DNA of 64,000 nucleotides from a virus, in the IMG/VR virus record IMGVR_UViG_3300014325_000011, positions 1 to 64,000 of that record; one strand, given 5' to 3'. Positions 29,769-39,685 of this stretch are shown in pieces. The stretch's first letter is position 1; the number at the start of each line of letters is the position of its first letter. The position numbers and the translations under genes are program-made. The notes under the pieces are model-generated. The model was not told the DNA's origin. It worked only from the letters and a program-made list of their open reading frames with translations, and ran no database searches.

Positions 29769-31756
29769 GACGCCTTCTGGCGTGGGCGGCGGCGCTGGTC
29801 ATTGTGGTCGGCGCCGCCAGTCCGCTCGCGCTCGCCACCCCGGCCCACGCGGACGGCGTCAACGTCGGTGCCGCGATTGCCTTCGCGCGGGCGCAGGTCG
29901 GCAAGCCCTACGTGCTCGGTGCGAACGGGCCGAACTCGTGGGACTGCTCCAGCCTCGTCCAACATGCCTACGCCGCCGCCGGCCTCGCCCTGCCGCGGGT
30001 GACCACAGAGCAGATCGGCGCCGCCGGCTGGGTACCCCTCTCGCAGATCCAGCCCGGCGACCTTGTGTTCCGCTCTGGGTCCGAGGCCGAGAAGCCTGGC
30101 CATGTCGGTCTGTACGCAGGCGGCGGGCAGGTCATCGAAGCCAAGGGCTCCGCCTGGGGCACCGTCGTCACCCCCCTGTCGGTGTGGCATCCCCTCGCGG
30201 TGATCCGCCCCGGCGCGCCGGGCGTCAACGGCTTCATCGACCAGGCTGCGGCCCGGACCGGTGTTCCCCGGGATCTCCTGCGTGCCCAGATTTGGCATGA
30301 GTCCGGCTTCAACCCGACGATCGGTTCACCTGCCGGCGCGCAGGGCATCGGCCAGTTCATGCCCACCACTTGGAACGACGGGCACGGCGGCGGCCGTGGG
30401 GTCGACGGCAACGGCGACGGGAAGAGGAACATCCTCGACCCGGCCGACGCCATCCCTGCGATGGCTGACATGGACGCCGACCTGATCCGCGCCAACAACG
30501 GCGACATCGGCATGGCCCTGGCCGCGTACAACGCCGGACAGGGAGCCGTCAACAAGTTCCACGGCATCCCGCCTTACACAGAGACCCAGAACTACGTCAC
30601 GAACATCCTTGCCTCCGCAGACCTGAAACCCGGCCGGATCGACCTCCATCCCACCGCGCCACCGGCCCCGCCGATCGCCACACTGGTCCGGGAAGCGGCC
30701 ATCGCCGCACTGCCCACACCGGTACTTCCCACCAGCGTTGTGGACTGGGTAGGAGACCTCACCTGGGCTCTACTCACCATCGCCGCCGGGCTGACGCTTC
30801 TTCGCTGGCTCGCCCCGCATCTCTACACAGCATGGAAGGCCCGCGCGCAGAAAGCCACACGCCGCATGTACGCCACAGTCCGTACCCGGCCAAGGCCACA
30901 GCGCAGCACACCGACCGCCCGGTGGATCGCGCGGGAGTACACCGCGCGGGCCACAGTCGCCGCGGAACGAGGTGCGGTCAAGGGTGCGGCGATCCGCGAC
31001 GGCCGGGCCTATCGCCACACGCGCCTTGCTGTCACCACACGGCGCGCCCAGCCAACACCACACCGCTCCGGACGAGCACCGCATAGGCCGCCGCTGACTC
31101 GCCACACCACACCCGGCAGCACACAGGGTCGCCCCGTCATCCTCGCCGTCCTGTCCGGGCTGCGGTCAGGACTCGGCTGGCTCGCCACACTGCGCCGGCC
31201 CCCGAACACCACACCGCTTCCGAACACCACACAACCCGGGTCGACACCACATGCCGGAAGGCCACACGCTTACGCGCCCCCGCCGAACACCACACCCACC
31301 CCTCCGGCCGACACCACACCCCTCGTTGGAGTGGTCGAAGCCAGACCACACCGCCCTGACTGGACACCGCACACCAGGAGCCGACCCATGGACCTGCCCA
31401 CCCCGCTGTACAACGCGAAGTGGCGCGAACATCTGACGAACCCCAGCTTCGAGGCCGGTCTCCAGACCCGGCATGCGATCACCTCCCTCGAACTCGACTA
31501 CACACACGAGGTCGACGCCGTCGCCGAATACCTCATGGAGCTGTGCTCGGGCCTGTCCGAAGCACTCACCGTCTATCACGACGAGGTGCATGTCCGCGAC
31601 TACGACGAGTCGATCGTCGTCGACATCGCCGCTGCCGCCGAAGACCTCAACAGAGCCGCGAACAACCTGTTCGCAGCCCACAAGGCGTTCCCCGAGAAGC
31701 ACCCGGACTACTTCAAGGTCAAGGGCGCCCGCGGCATCGAACGCATCGGCGCCTGA
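29765..31756 (+). CDS. Secreted NlpC/P60 + lytic transglycosylase protein with TM and a long repeat-encoded extension
   Basis: Signal peptide; GKPYVLGANGPNSWDCSSLV...PGDL...GHVGLY; ESGFNP...AGAQGIGQFMP.TW...ALAAYNAG...ETQNYV; possible separate start at 31388 (AGGAG RBS). Confidence 0.85.
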   Translation: MRRLLAWAAALVIVVGAASPLALATPAHADGVNVGAAIAFARAQVGKPYVLGANGPNSWDCSSLVQHAYAAAGLALPRVTTEQIGAAGWVPLSQIQPGDLVFRSGSEAEKPGHVGLYAGGGQVIEAKGSAWGTVVTPLSVWHPLAVIRPGAPGVNGFIDQAAARTGVPRDLLRAQIWHESGFNPTIGSPAGAQGIGQFMPTTWNDGHGGGRGVDGNGDGKRNILDPADAIPAMADMDADLIRANNGDIGMALAAYNAGQGAVNKFHGIPPYTETQNYVTNILASADLKPGRIDLHPTAPPAPPIATLVREAAIAALPTPVLPTSVVDWVGDLTWALLTIAAGLTLLRWLAPHLYTAWKARAQKATRRMYATVRTRPRPQRSTPTARWIAREYTARATVAAERGAVKGAAIRDGRAYRHTRLAVTTRRAQPTPHRSGRAPHRPPLTRHTTPGSTQGRPVILAVLSGLRSGLGWLATLRRPPNTTPLPNTTQPGSTPHAGRPHAYAPPPNTTPTPPADTTPLVGVVEARPHRPDWTPHTRSRPMDLPTPLYNAKWREHLTNPSFEAGLQTRHAITSLELDYTHEVDAVAEYLMELCSGLSEALTVYHDEVHVRDYDESIVVDIAAAAEDLNRAANNLFAAHKAFPEKHPDYFKVKGARGIERIGA

Positions 31757-32183
31757 CCGTCACCACACAGAACGTCCGACCTTCGAGAGGCCCGACCGCA
31801 CATGTCACCGGAGCCCCGCGCCCAGCTCGCCGTCACCACACGGCGCACCACCCCTGCCCGGGAACACCACACCCCCGCTCGCCACACCACACCGAGGTTC
31901 CGTCTCGCTGTGGCCGCACCCTCCGTGGCTGTGGTCGCCGCGGCGGTGGCCGGTGTGGTGATCGGCCTGTGGTGGGTCGTGCTGCTGTGTGGTGTTCTCG
32001 CGGTCACCACGGTCGGGTTGGTAACGGCCCGGCGGGGTGTGGCCACAGGGCTCCGCCGGGAACTCGTCACCGCCGCGGCTGGTGTGGTGACGGTCGCCGT
32101 TGCTGCGGCGGCCGGTGTGGTGATCCATCTTGCGATCCCCATCGTCATCCTCACTATCGGGGCAACGGTGCGGATCACCACAC
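31033..32183. repeat. CACCACAC octamer cluster
   Basis: 12 exact forward copies and 4 exact reverse (GTGTGGTG) copies, plus variants. Confidence 0.85.
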
Positions 32184-33721
32184 ACCCGACCACACGGGCT
32201 CGCCGTGAAGCCGAGAAGGCCACACAGGCCCGCCAGGCTGAGCTTGTGGCCTACGCCGACGACTGGCCACGCATCGTCCGTCTCGCGAAGCTTCCGAAGG
32301 ATGTTCTTCTCAACGGTCCGGTCATCGACCGCGCCCCGCTCGGACGTACCTACCGGGTCTGCACCCGCAAGGAAGACGGCGACATCGGCTTCCTCGCGGG
32401 CATGGTGCCCGGTCTGACCGTGGCCCTAGATCAGCCCTGGGGTGCGGTCACTGTCGAGGTGTCGAACAAGTGGCCGCGGGAGGCGTTCGTCCACGTCAAC
32501 GACGGCGATCCGCAGGAAGTCGCCCGCGCCACCACCGAGATCCGGCCTGTCGACACGATCGTCGACACGGAACTGTTCGTCGGCGCCTACCGGGCCGACG
32601 GGTCACCGTATGCGCTGCGCTGGTTCGACTCGGAGGTTGGCACCCGCCATCAGATGTCGGTTGGCGACATGGGCATGGGCAAGTCGTCGATCAACATTCG
32701 TGCGTTTGCCCAGCTCCAGGACGCCAGAGACTGGACGATCGTCTGTATCGACGGCGCCCGACGAGACTTCGGCCCGTGGGCGAAAGCGGGGGCCTTCTTC
32801 CGCTACGCCACCGACCCGGCGGACGCCCTGAACATCCTCCTGACCTTGGAGTATGTCCTCGAAGGCCGCGAGCAGTTCATGGACGACAACGGCTGGCGAG
32901 TATGGCAGCCATCGGCCCTGCACCCGGTCCTCGTCGTACTCATCGAAGAAATTGCCAAGTATGCGGAGCATCCCGTTGTGGGCCGGAAGATTCAAAGCAT
33001 TTTGGCCCGTTCGTCGAAGCGGATGCGCGCTGCCGGCATCAAGTTTGTGACCTCCACGCAGACAGGCACAGGCGGCGGTGTTGGCGGCTACGAGTTCCGG
33101 CGGATGATGCAGGACCGGCTGCACTTCTACTCAGTCGAGTCGACAGGGTTTCTGGTCCGCTCGAAGCCTGCCTGGCCGGGAGACATTGGCGAGTTCGCCG
33201 GCTACCTGTTCGCCGAGTCGCTTCGCGAGAAGACCGGGATGCTCATCAAGGCGGCGTGGACGCCGGACGAGGACCGGCCGGACATCATCGCGAACATCGC
33301 CGCGCACATCGCCCGTCCGGAGGATGAATGGCTGGCCGCCGAGCAGGCCCGGGTCCGTGCGGAAATGCCCGCCGACGACGCTCCCGCCACTCCGGCATCC
33401 GCCGTTCCCGCCTCTGCGGATACGCAAACTGTCGAGGGCGAGTACACGGTCCTGTCGGTCCACAAGCCGCCCGTGAAGACCCTCCCCCCGAAGGCGCCGG
33501 AGATGACGTGGGACCAGGCCAGGCGGACTTTGAATGCCATGGTCGAGGATGCGAAGGAACGCGGGGTGGTGATGAAGGAGATCGAGGCCGTGACGGGGCG
33601 GAAGCGCACGTGGATTCGAGACAATCTGACGAATCCGGCGATCGAAGCAGGGTCGATTGTGTGTGTCCGCTCGGGTCGGGATCATCGGTATACGGCTGTC
33701 GAGTACGCCTCCGCCGCATGA
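31802..33721 (+). CDS. TraB/FtsK-SpoIIIE-like conjugative DNA translocase
   Basis: N-terminal TM helices; Walker A GDMGMGKS; Walker B LVVLIEE; RAAGI.FV.STQ; C-terminal wHTH-like domain. Confidence 0.8.
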   Translation: MSPEPRAQLAVTTRRTTPAREHHTPARHTTPRFRLAVAAPSVAVVAAAVAGVVIGLWWVVLLCGVLAVTTVGLVTARRGVATGLRRELVTAAAGVVTVAVAAAAGVVIHLAIPIVILTIGATVRITTHPTTRARREAEKATQARQAELVAYADDWPRIVRLAKLPKDVLLNGPVIDRAPLGRTYRVCTRKEDGDIGFLAGMVPGLTVALDQPWGAVTVEVSNKWPREAFVHVNDGDPQEVARATTEIRPVDTIVDTELFVGAYRADGSPYALRWFDSEVGTRHQMSVGDMGMGKSSINIRAFAQLQDARDWTIVCIDGARRDFGPWAKAGAFFRYATDPADALNILLTLEYVLEGREQFMDDNGWRVWQPSALHPVLVVLIEEIAKYAEHPVVGRKIQSILARSSKRMRAAGIKFVTSTQTGTGGGVGGYEFRRMMQDRLHFYSVESTGFLVRSKPAWPGDIGEFAGYLFAESLREKTGMLIKAAWTPDEDRPDIIANIAAHIARPEDEWLAAEQARVRAEMPADDAPATPASAVPASADTQTVEGEYTVLSVHKPPVKTLPPKAPEMTWDQARRTLNAMVEDAKERGVVMKEIEAVTGRKRTWIRDNLTNPAIEAGSIVCVRSGRDHRYTAVEYASAA

Positions 33722-33749
33722 TCGTTAACCCCACTCCCCCACCGGGGGT

Positions 33750-33862
33750 GGCTGCACGCTGCGTGATGCTGCCGGACCCTGCCGTTGATCTACCGTCTCG
33801 CGCACGCGCGCGCGTAAGGGTGCCTGTGGCAGGGTCCACGGCAGCGGCAGCGGCAGCATCCC
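33750..33862. repeat. clt-like locus: nested inverted repeats and GGCAGC tandem repeats after traB
   Basis: GATGCTGCCG/CGGCAGCATC; GGACCCTGCC/GGCAGGGTCC; (CGGCAG)x3; central CGCGCACGCGCGCGCG. Confidence 0.55.
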
Positions 33863-33870
33863 AGTAGGGG

Positions 33871-34125
33871 CTATCCGTCACTCTCCGTAGCAGACTCCGG
33901 GGGTTGGTGAGTCTGGTTCCGCGCCGCGTTCGCCGCCGCGACGACCCGCTGAACCGTCTTCCGCGTAATGCTGAGAATGTCCGCGATCTCGTCGTAGTCG
34001 AGCCCGGCGGACACCGCGGCCAGGATCGCGGGGTCCCGCTCCGAGGTGTATTCGCGGTGCAGGTCGGCGAGTCGTCTGAGGTTCGCTCGCGTGGTGTCGG
34101 CGCTGGCCGGTGGGGGAGTGGTCAC
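33871..34125 (-). CDS. Small HTH repressor-like protein
   Basis: RDPAILAAVSAGLDYDEIADILSITRKTVQRVV. Confidence 0.7.
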   Translation of the reverse strand: MTTPPPASADTTRANLRRLADLHREYTSERDPAILAAVSAGLDYDEIADILSITRKTVQRVVAAANAARNQTHQPPESATESDG

Positions 34126-34147
34126 AGAGGCGAGTCTACCGGGCGGG

Positions 34148-34185
34148 ACCACACATGGGACATGATGTCCCATGTGTGGTATGGT
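34148..34185. promoter_or_regulatory. Perfect 16-bp-arm palindromic operator overlapping a TG-N-TATGGT -10
   Basis: ACCACACATGGGACAT-G-ATGTCCCATGTGTGGT (34148-34180) between divergent genes. Confidence 0.7.
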
Positions 34186-34191
34186 GGAGAT

Positions 34192-37100
34192 GTGAGCGAG
34201 AACCGGCATCCCGAAGGGCTGCTACCCGGCGACCTCATCGAGTCGCCGTTCCGGTGCGGCCTTCGGATGCGGTTCACCCACACCGGTATCGCGCGACTCG
34301 CCGACGCCATCGACAAGCCGAACCCGGAACTGGACCCAAACGAGCCTGTGCGGCTCGTGTTCGGCGAGGACCCGACGCATGGCGGGTTGGACCGGTGGGT
34401 GCTCGATCTGAACGGCACGGTGCGGCTTGTTGAGGCCATGCCGAGAAAGGGGGAACGGTGAACCTGACCGCAGCACGGGAGCAGGTTCTGCGCGCTGTCG
34501 CCCGGGGCGAGGTGACTCGCAACAACCGTGACGACACGCGACCCTGTTGGGATCGAGGCCGCCGGAAGGCGGTCACGGTGCAGGTGAAATGGCTCCGTAA
34601 TGCGGGGATGGTCACCTACAACGTCGACCTTCGTGCAGGGTGGACGCCGGTCACCCTCACGCCTGCCGGCCGCGAGTGGTTGGACGCCAACCCGGAGAAG
34701 GGAGCGGACTGAGATGGACACCGTGTTCGTGCTGACGTTCACCGACTGGACGAACTCCAAGAGGTGGGGTGACCGGCCGTTCGCGGCGGCCGTCTCACTG
34801 GACCTGGCGAAAGCCGATGCCGCAGATGTGGCCACGCACAGTCTGGGCGACATGGTCGTGGACGACTGGTCGGAGATCGTCGATGGCGACTGGGAGACGC
34901 CGGTGTGGGTCGCCCCGGTCGTCGAGCCGTTCGTGATGCGACGGCAGGTTGGCGTGTTCGAGATCCGCGCCTTCAAGGTTCGGGAGGGCTGAACGGTGGC
35001 CGACTTGAACTGGGTCCAGGTGGGCGCGAAGGTCGCCAGCATGGGCCACACCTCGCTGAGCATCACAACCGTTGAGAAGATCACCGCAACGCAGATCGTC
35101 CTGGCGAACGGAAGCCGTTACTCGCGCAACACGGGCCGCAAGGTAGGCGCCACCGCCTACGACACGCACGAGCTGCTTCCGGTCGACCACCCGCGGATCC
35201 GCGATCGTCGAATCCGCGCCCAGATCCGCCAGCTCGGACACAAGGTCGACGAGCTGTGTCTCGGCATTAAAAGCAGCGACGAGGCCGCGTCGGTGCTGGC
35301 CGAGGTTGAGAAGGCGGTTGCGGCGACCCGTAAGCGAATCACTGAACTTGGAGGGGAGAGCTGATGGACCCGCTGTTCGTGCTGTCCCATGTGGCCTACA
35401 CCGGGTACACGGTCGGATCGGTCTACCCGTTTCGCTCGCTCGCCGGCGCGCAGAAAGCGGCTGACAACTGGGCTGAGGACGTGTCTGGCACGCCGACAGG
35501 TGAGTTCGACGCCTGGCGCGGCTGGGAGCACATCGACGGCGACGACTGGGACCGCACGATGTGGCGCCGCCCGCTGTTCTACAAGGGTGCCGAAGTGGGC
35601 GCGCTGGAGATCGTCCAGTTCGACGAGATCGGCGACTAGCCATGCAGCGCGGCGGCCGTACCGGCGGCGTGTCCGACTGGTCGGCCGGCCGGATACACGG
35701 ACGGTCGGCCAGCCGCGCCGCATGGAGACAACAGGCAGTCGACGACCAGATGGGGGAGGGCATGTTCTTCGCCGGTGACGAGTATGCGGGCGACGAGGTC
35801 ACCTCGGGGCCGTACAGCGGTCTGGATGACCCGGACGCCGACGACTACCAGTACGACGATCTTGACGCCGATGTGGCCGACGGCTGGGACTACGACCGCG
35901 AGTACGACGACAACGAGGGGGACGACTGATGGGACTCGACATGGCGAAGGTTCGCGAACTCGCGGACGCGGCTGGTGACAGCGGCGACGCCGTGTTCCAA
36001 CTTGGCCAGGAGTTGCTGGGCGCCGAGTACCGGATCGACCGGTCGCTTCACCAGATCCGCGCCGCCTTGGACGAGATCGACAGGGAGCGCGCCCGCGGCC
36101 GGGAGACCGGCGGCATCAACGGCCTGTCGGGAGGCGAACTGGTCGAGCTGTTGACGTCGTTGGGTGAGCGGAACGCGCTGATCCGGGCTGCGAAGCGGCT
36201 CGGCGTCGACGTGACGGCGCTCTGAGGGCTGACATGGACGCACAGGCGGCGGCTGTCGCCCGGGTTGCGGCGAAGAGTCGCCAGTTCTGGGAGGACCTGG
36301 AGACGGCCGCGGTCGGTCTCGGCCCGGACGAGGACCGGCCGACACCCATGGGCCACATCCCGCATCCGGGGGACAGTTGCCGCGCGGTGGGCTGTCCGGG
36401 TGTCGACGGCTACCGGACAGGCGACTGGGGCGACCTGTACGGCGATGTGGGCGACGACGAAGACAACGGGCCCTGCGATTTCGCCTGGGAGGGCGAATGG
36501 CCCGGTGTTGACGGCCCGGTGCTCGTCTGCCAAACCCACGGACAGAAGTCGCCCTGCGAGCACAGCCCGGAGTTCGACGCGTACGAGCGGGAGTGGCCTC
36601 ACCGTCCGTTCGACGTGAGCGACTACCCGCCGAAGAGGGTCTGAGTAAGGAGCCTTCGCCCCGCCGTGAGCGTGGGGTGTGAAACCCGGCGAAGGCGCGC
36701 GGACAGACACAGGACTGAGGAGGAAAAGTGTTCGAAGATCCATCGGGCAGCCTTCGGGACGCCATCAGCGCCATCAGCCTAGGTCCACATCCGGGCGACC
36801 CCGAGTGGCTGGCCGACTGTGTGGGGAACGACCGCCAAGCTGACATCAAAGTCGGGTCGGCGGTCACGCCGAACCTTCGGCCGGGAGTGGATGCGCGTCG
36901 CGCGCCGGTCGGGGTTGTGCTGTGGCGGGAGGTGAAGTTCGGCGTCGGGTACTGCGGCGTGCGCTGGGGCGACGGCCGCGAAGGTCAGGCGCCTGCCTGG
37001 TCGCTGCGGATCGCCTGACGAGCGCAGAACCTCTGGCGCGCTGATTCAAAGCGCCGCCGGGTGGACCCGGGGCAGAGGCACGTAGACAACAGGAACGATC

Positions 37101-37303
37101 AAGGGGGAGTAATGAAGGTCAAGCTGACGGCATCGTCGCCGGCTTCGGTCCGGTTCTCGGCGACCCGCACCGTGGATCTCCACATCGACCGCGAGGACTG
37201 GGACGACATGTCCGACGACGAGCGGCACGCGGAGATCGACGCGGCTGTTGAGGCGTACCGCCGGGAGATCGTCGACATCGACACCGAAATCGTGGAGGGC
37301 TGA
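34192..37303 (+). other. Array of small hypothetical CDSs (34192-34461, 34458-34712, 34714-34992, 34996-35364, 35364-35639, 35642-35929, 35929-36225, 36234-36644, 36728-37018, 37112-37303)
   Basis: Tight packing, RBSs and overlaps. Confidence 0.6.
36652..36696 (+). ncRNA. Candidate small structured RNA (three-way junction with T-loop-like hairpin)
   Basis: GCCTTCGCC/GGCGAAGGC closing stem enclosing GGGT-GTGAA-ACCC. Confidence 0.3.
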
Positions 37304-37306
37304 CCG

Positions 37307-37663
37307 GTGCCGGACCGAGCAGATAGCGCCCTGTTGGACGCCAAGAAGATTCCCGCCGGAACGACGCATGTTCTCGTGTTCCTTCCGCCGTCGCTCTACG
37401 GGAACGTGAAGGATCGGCTGACCCGGCCGGGCTGGTGGGAACTGCTGACCGTCGACATGTTCCGCGCGGGCAGTTCGGCGCCGAACGGGTGGGATTGGGA
37501 TGGCAGCCGGCACACCGCGGCTAAGGTCCTCGCCGAGCGGGCGGCCGGGATGCTCGGAAGGCCGGTGCGGCTGTCTCGGGGCCGCTGGTCGGTGTCGAGG
37601 GGCGGCCTGCTGTCGATTTCGCACAGCGAACCGCTGTTCTGGGTCCGACCAGCGGAGGACTGA
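37307..37663 (+). CDS. hypothetical protein (paralog of 40248-40562)
   Basis: THVLVFLPP.LY..VKDRLTRPG.WEL.T...SEPLFWV. Confidence 0.7.
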   Translation: MPDRADSALLDAKKIPAGTTHVLVFLPPSLYGNVKDRLTRPGWWELLTVDMFRAGSSAPNGWDWDGSRHTAAKVLAERAAGMLGRPVRLSRGRWSVSRGGLLSISHSEPLFWVRPAED

Positions 37664-37666
37664 CCT

Positions 37667-39685
37667 GTGGCCGATTCGATGCTCGACATCCTGACCGGCG
37701 CCCGAGCTGGTGTTGGCGACCCGGACATGGTCGGCGAGGAACTGGCCAAGGCCCGTGCCGAACTGCGCGCACTGTACGCCACCTGGGCTGAGGCGGCGAA
37801 GCGCGACCCGATCACCCCGGAGTTCGACTGGCTGGCGCTGCGTGCTGTCGGCGCCGTACCCGCCCTACTCGACACGATCGAGTTCCTACGGGACACGCTG
37901 GCCCGGATCGCCCGTGGCCAGGACCCGACGCGGGCCGAACGGGACGCCTCCGAATGGTGGGGGACAACGGACTACGAGCCGGTCGAGGCGATCGCGTCGA
38001 TGGCCCGACGACTCACCGGGGAGGTGTGAGCGGTGGCCGACGACTTGATCCGGGCTGTTATTGCGGATTCGCGAGACGCTGCACAGCGCCGCGCACTCAT
38101 CGCGGTACTTGACCTTGTCGGCACCTGGAAGACGTCGAAGGACAGGTTGGCGGCAGCGGCCGAGGTTCGCAGCGTCATCGTCGATGCGCTCGCACCAAGA
38201 CGGGAGGGCTGACCGGTGGCCGACTCGACGACACCGACGGACCACGCCGGGTTGCAGGCCCTTGCCCGTGAGAACGGCTGGCGAGTCACTACGTCGATCG
38301 TCAACCCGCGCAAATGGTGGGCGAGTCGCGACACCGTCGATGACGTGGAAGAAATCGAGGTGGTCCACACGGTGGATGGCTCTGTCGCCGTCGGTTCAAT
38401 GTGGTGGCCGTCGGCGGCTGGTAGCGGCGAACAACTACCCACGGCTGCCGATGTGCGGGCCGCACTCGAATGGAAGGAGTGAGCGGTGGCTGCCCCCACG
38501 ATCGAAGCGCTCACGGCAGCCCCGTCTCGTGACGCCGCCGCCGACATGCTGTCCGGTCTGACTGTCGCGCAGCTCCGCAACTGCGCCGCCGAATGCCGAG
38601 TGACGTTGCTGAGCCGGGACACCAAGGCCGAGATGATCCGGCGGATCGTCAACGGCACTGTCGGTGTCCGCCTCACCGTTGAGGCGTTCAGAGGGGCCAC
38701 GCGATGACCGTTTCCGATGTCGACGCCCAGCGGGCCGCCGACCGGTGGGCCGAGATCGAGTCCGGCGAGGCGGCGCTGTGCCGTCTGCCGGGCTTCATGG
38801 CCAGGATGGTCATCCGCGAGGACCTCGAAGCCGTCCATCTTCTGGGTGCAGACGACTCGTTCCCCGAGGCGTTGTACCGGCAGATCTGCGATGAGCTGCT
38901 ACCCCGCGACGGAACCGAGATGGACTCGTGGGGTGCCACCGAGTGGAAGCCGGTCCTCGCGCGGGCCCGTGAACTGTCAGGAGGGATGGTCCGGTGAGGG
39001 CCGACCGTGTGAAGTCCGGCATGCTCGTCAAGGACGACGAAGGCGTCTGGCAGGTCGTCGTTGACCGCCGCGGCCCTGCCTGCCTTGTCTACGCCAACGG
39101 GCATGAGGAGTGGGGCCAGCCCGATGACGACGTTGAGGCTGTCCGGCTGACCGCCCCACAGGTCGAAGCTTTGCGTCGTGCCGCAACTGGCAACCTGTGG
39201 CGCCTTCAGCGGGCCAAGGATGACCGGTGGACGTGGAAGTTCGGCGGCCTGATCCACACCACCATTCCGCAGGGACCATCAACCCACTGCGTCGACCTCG
39301 GCCTGATCGAGATCAGCGGAACTGAGCCGCGCCACGAGTTCTACCGACTGACCCCGTCCGGCCGTGCCCTGCTCGACCTGCTCGACAAGGAGACGGTGTG
39401 ACCGCCACACGACGAGACCTCGAACGAGAGCACCGGATGCTCATCGTTGCGGACAAGGTCGAACGGCGCCTTCTCGCTGGCGGCAGGATTCGCGGTGCCG
39501 ACGCGGAGTTCATCGCCGCCGACATGGCGGTCAGGGCGATGAAGGAGTTGGTCCGCTGCGATGGGGACGTGTCGTGGCTGTTGCCGCTGGACCTTGCAGC
39601 TCTGCGGTGGGCCGGTGTGGACCCGGCCGACCGCGCGACGTGGTTTCTCGAAAGCGCCACCACCAATCCGGAGTCGACACCATGA
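37667..39685 (+). other. Array of small hypothetical CDSs (37667-38029, 38033-38212, 38216-38482, 38486-38707, 38704-38997, 38994-39401, 39398-39685)
   Basis: Conserved junctions and overlaps; 38033-38212 (59 aa) is absent from the ORF track. Confidence 0.6.

Noticed and set aside
31033-32183. CRISPR array interpretation of the repeats (also 12037-12243)
   Set aside because: Repeat units are 5-8 bp, irregularly spaced and inside ORFs; no cas genes seen
31802-33721. Type IV secretion or type VII (Ecc) system
   Set aside because: Single ATPase domain; no relaxase, VirB4 or WXG100 gene recognised; a TraB-type system fits better
36652-36696. tRNA gene
   Set aside because: Only about 45 nt with no full cloverleaf; no convincing tRNA noticed anywhere in the window
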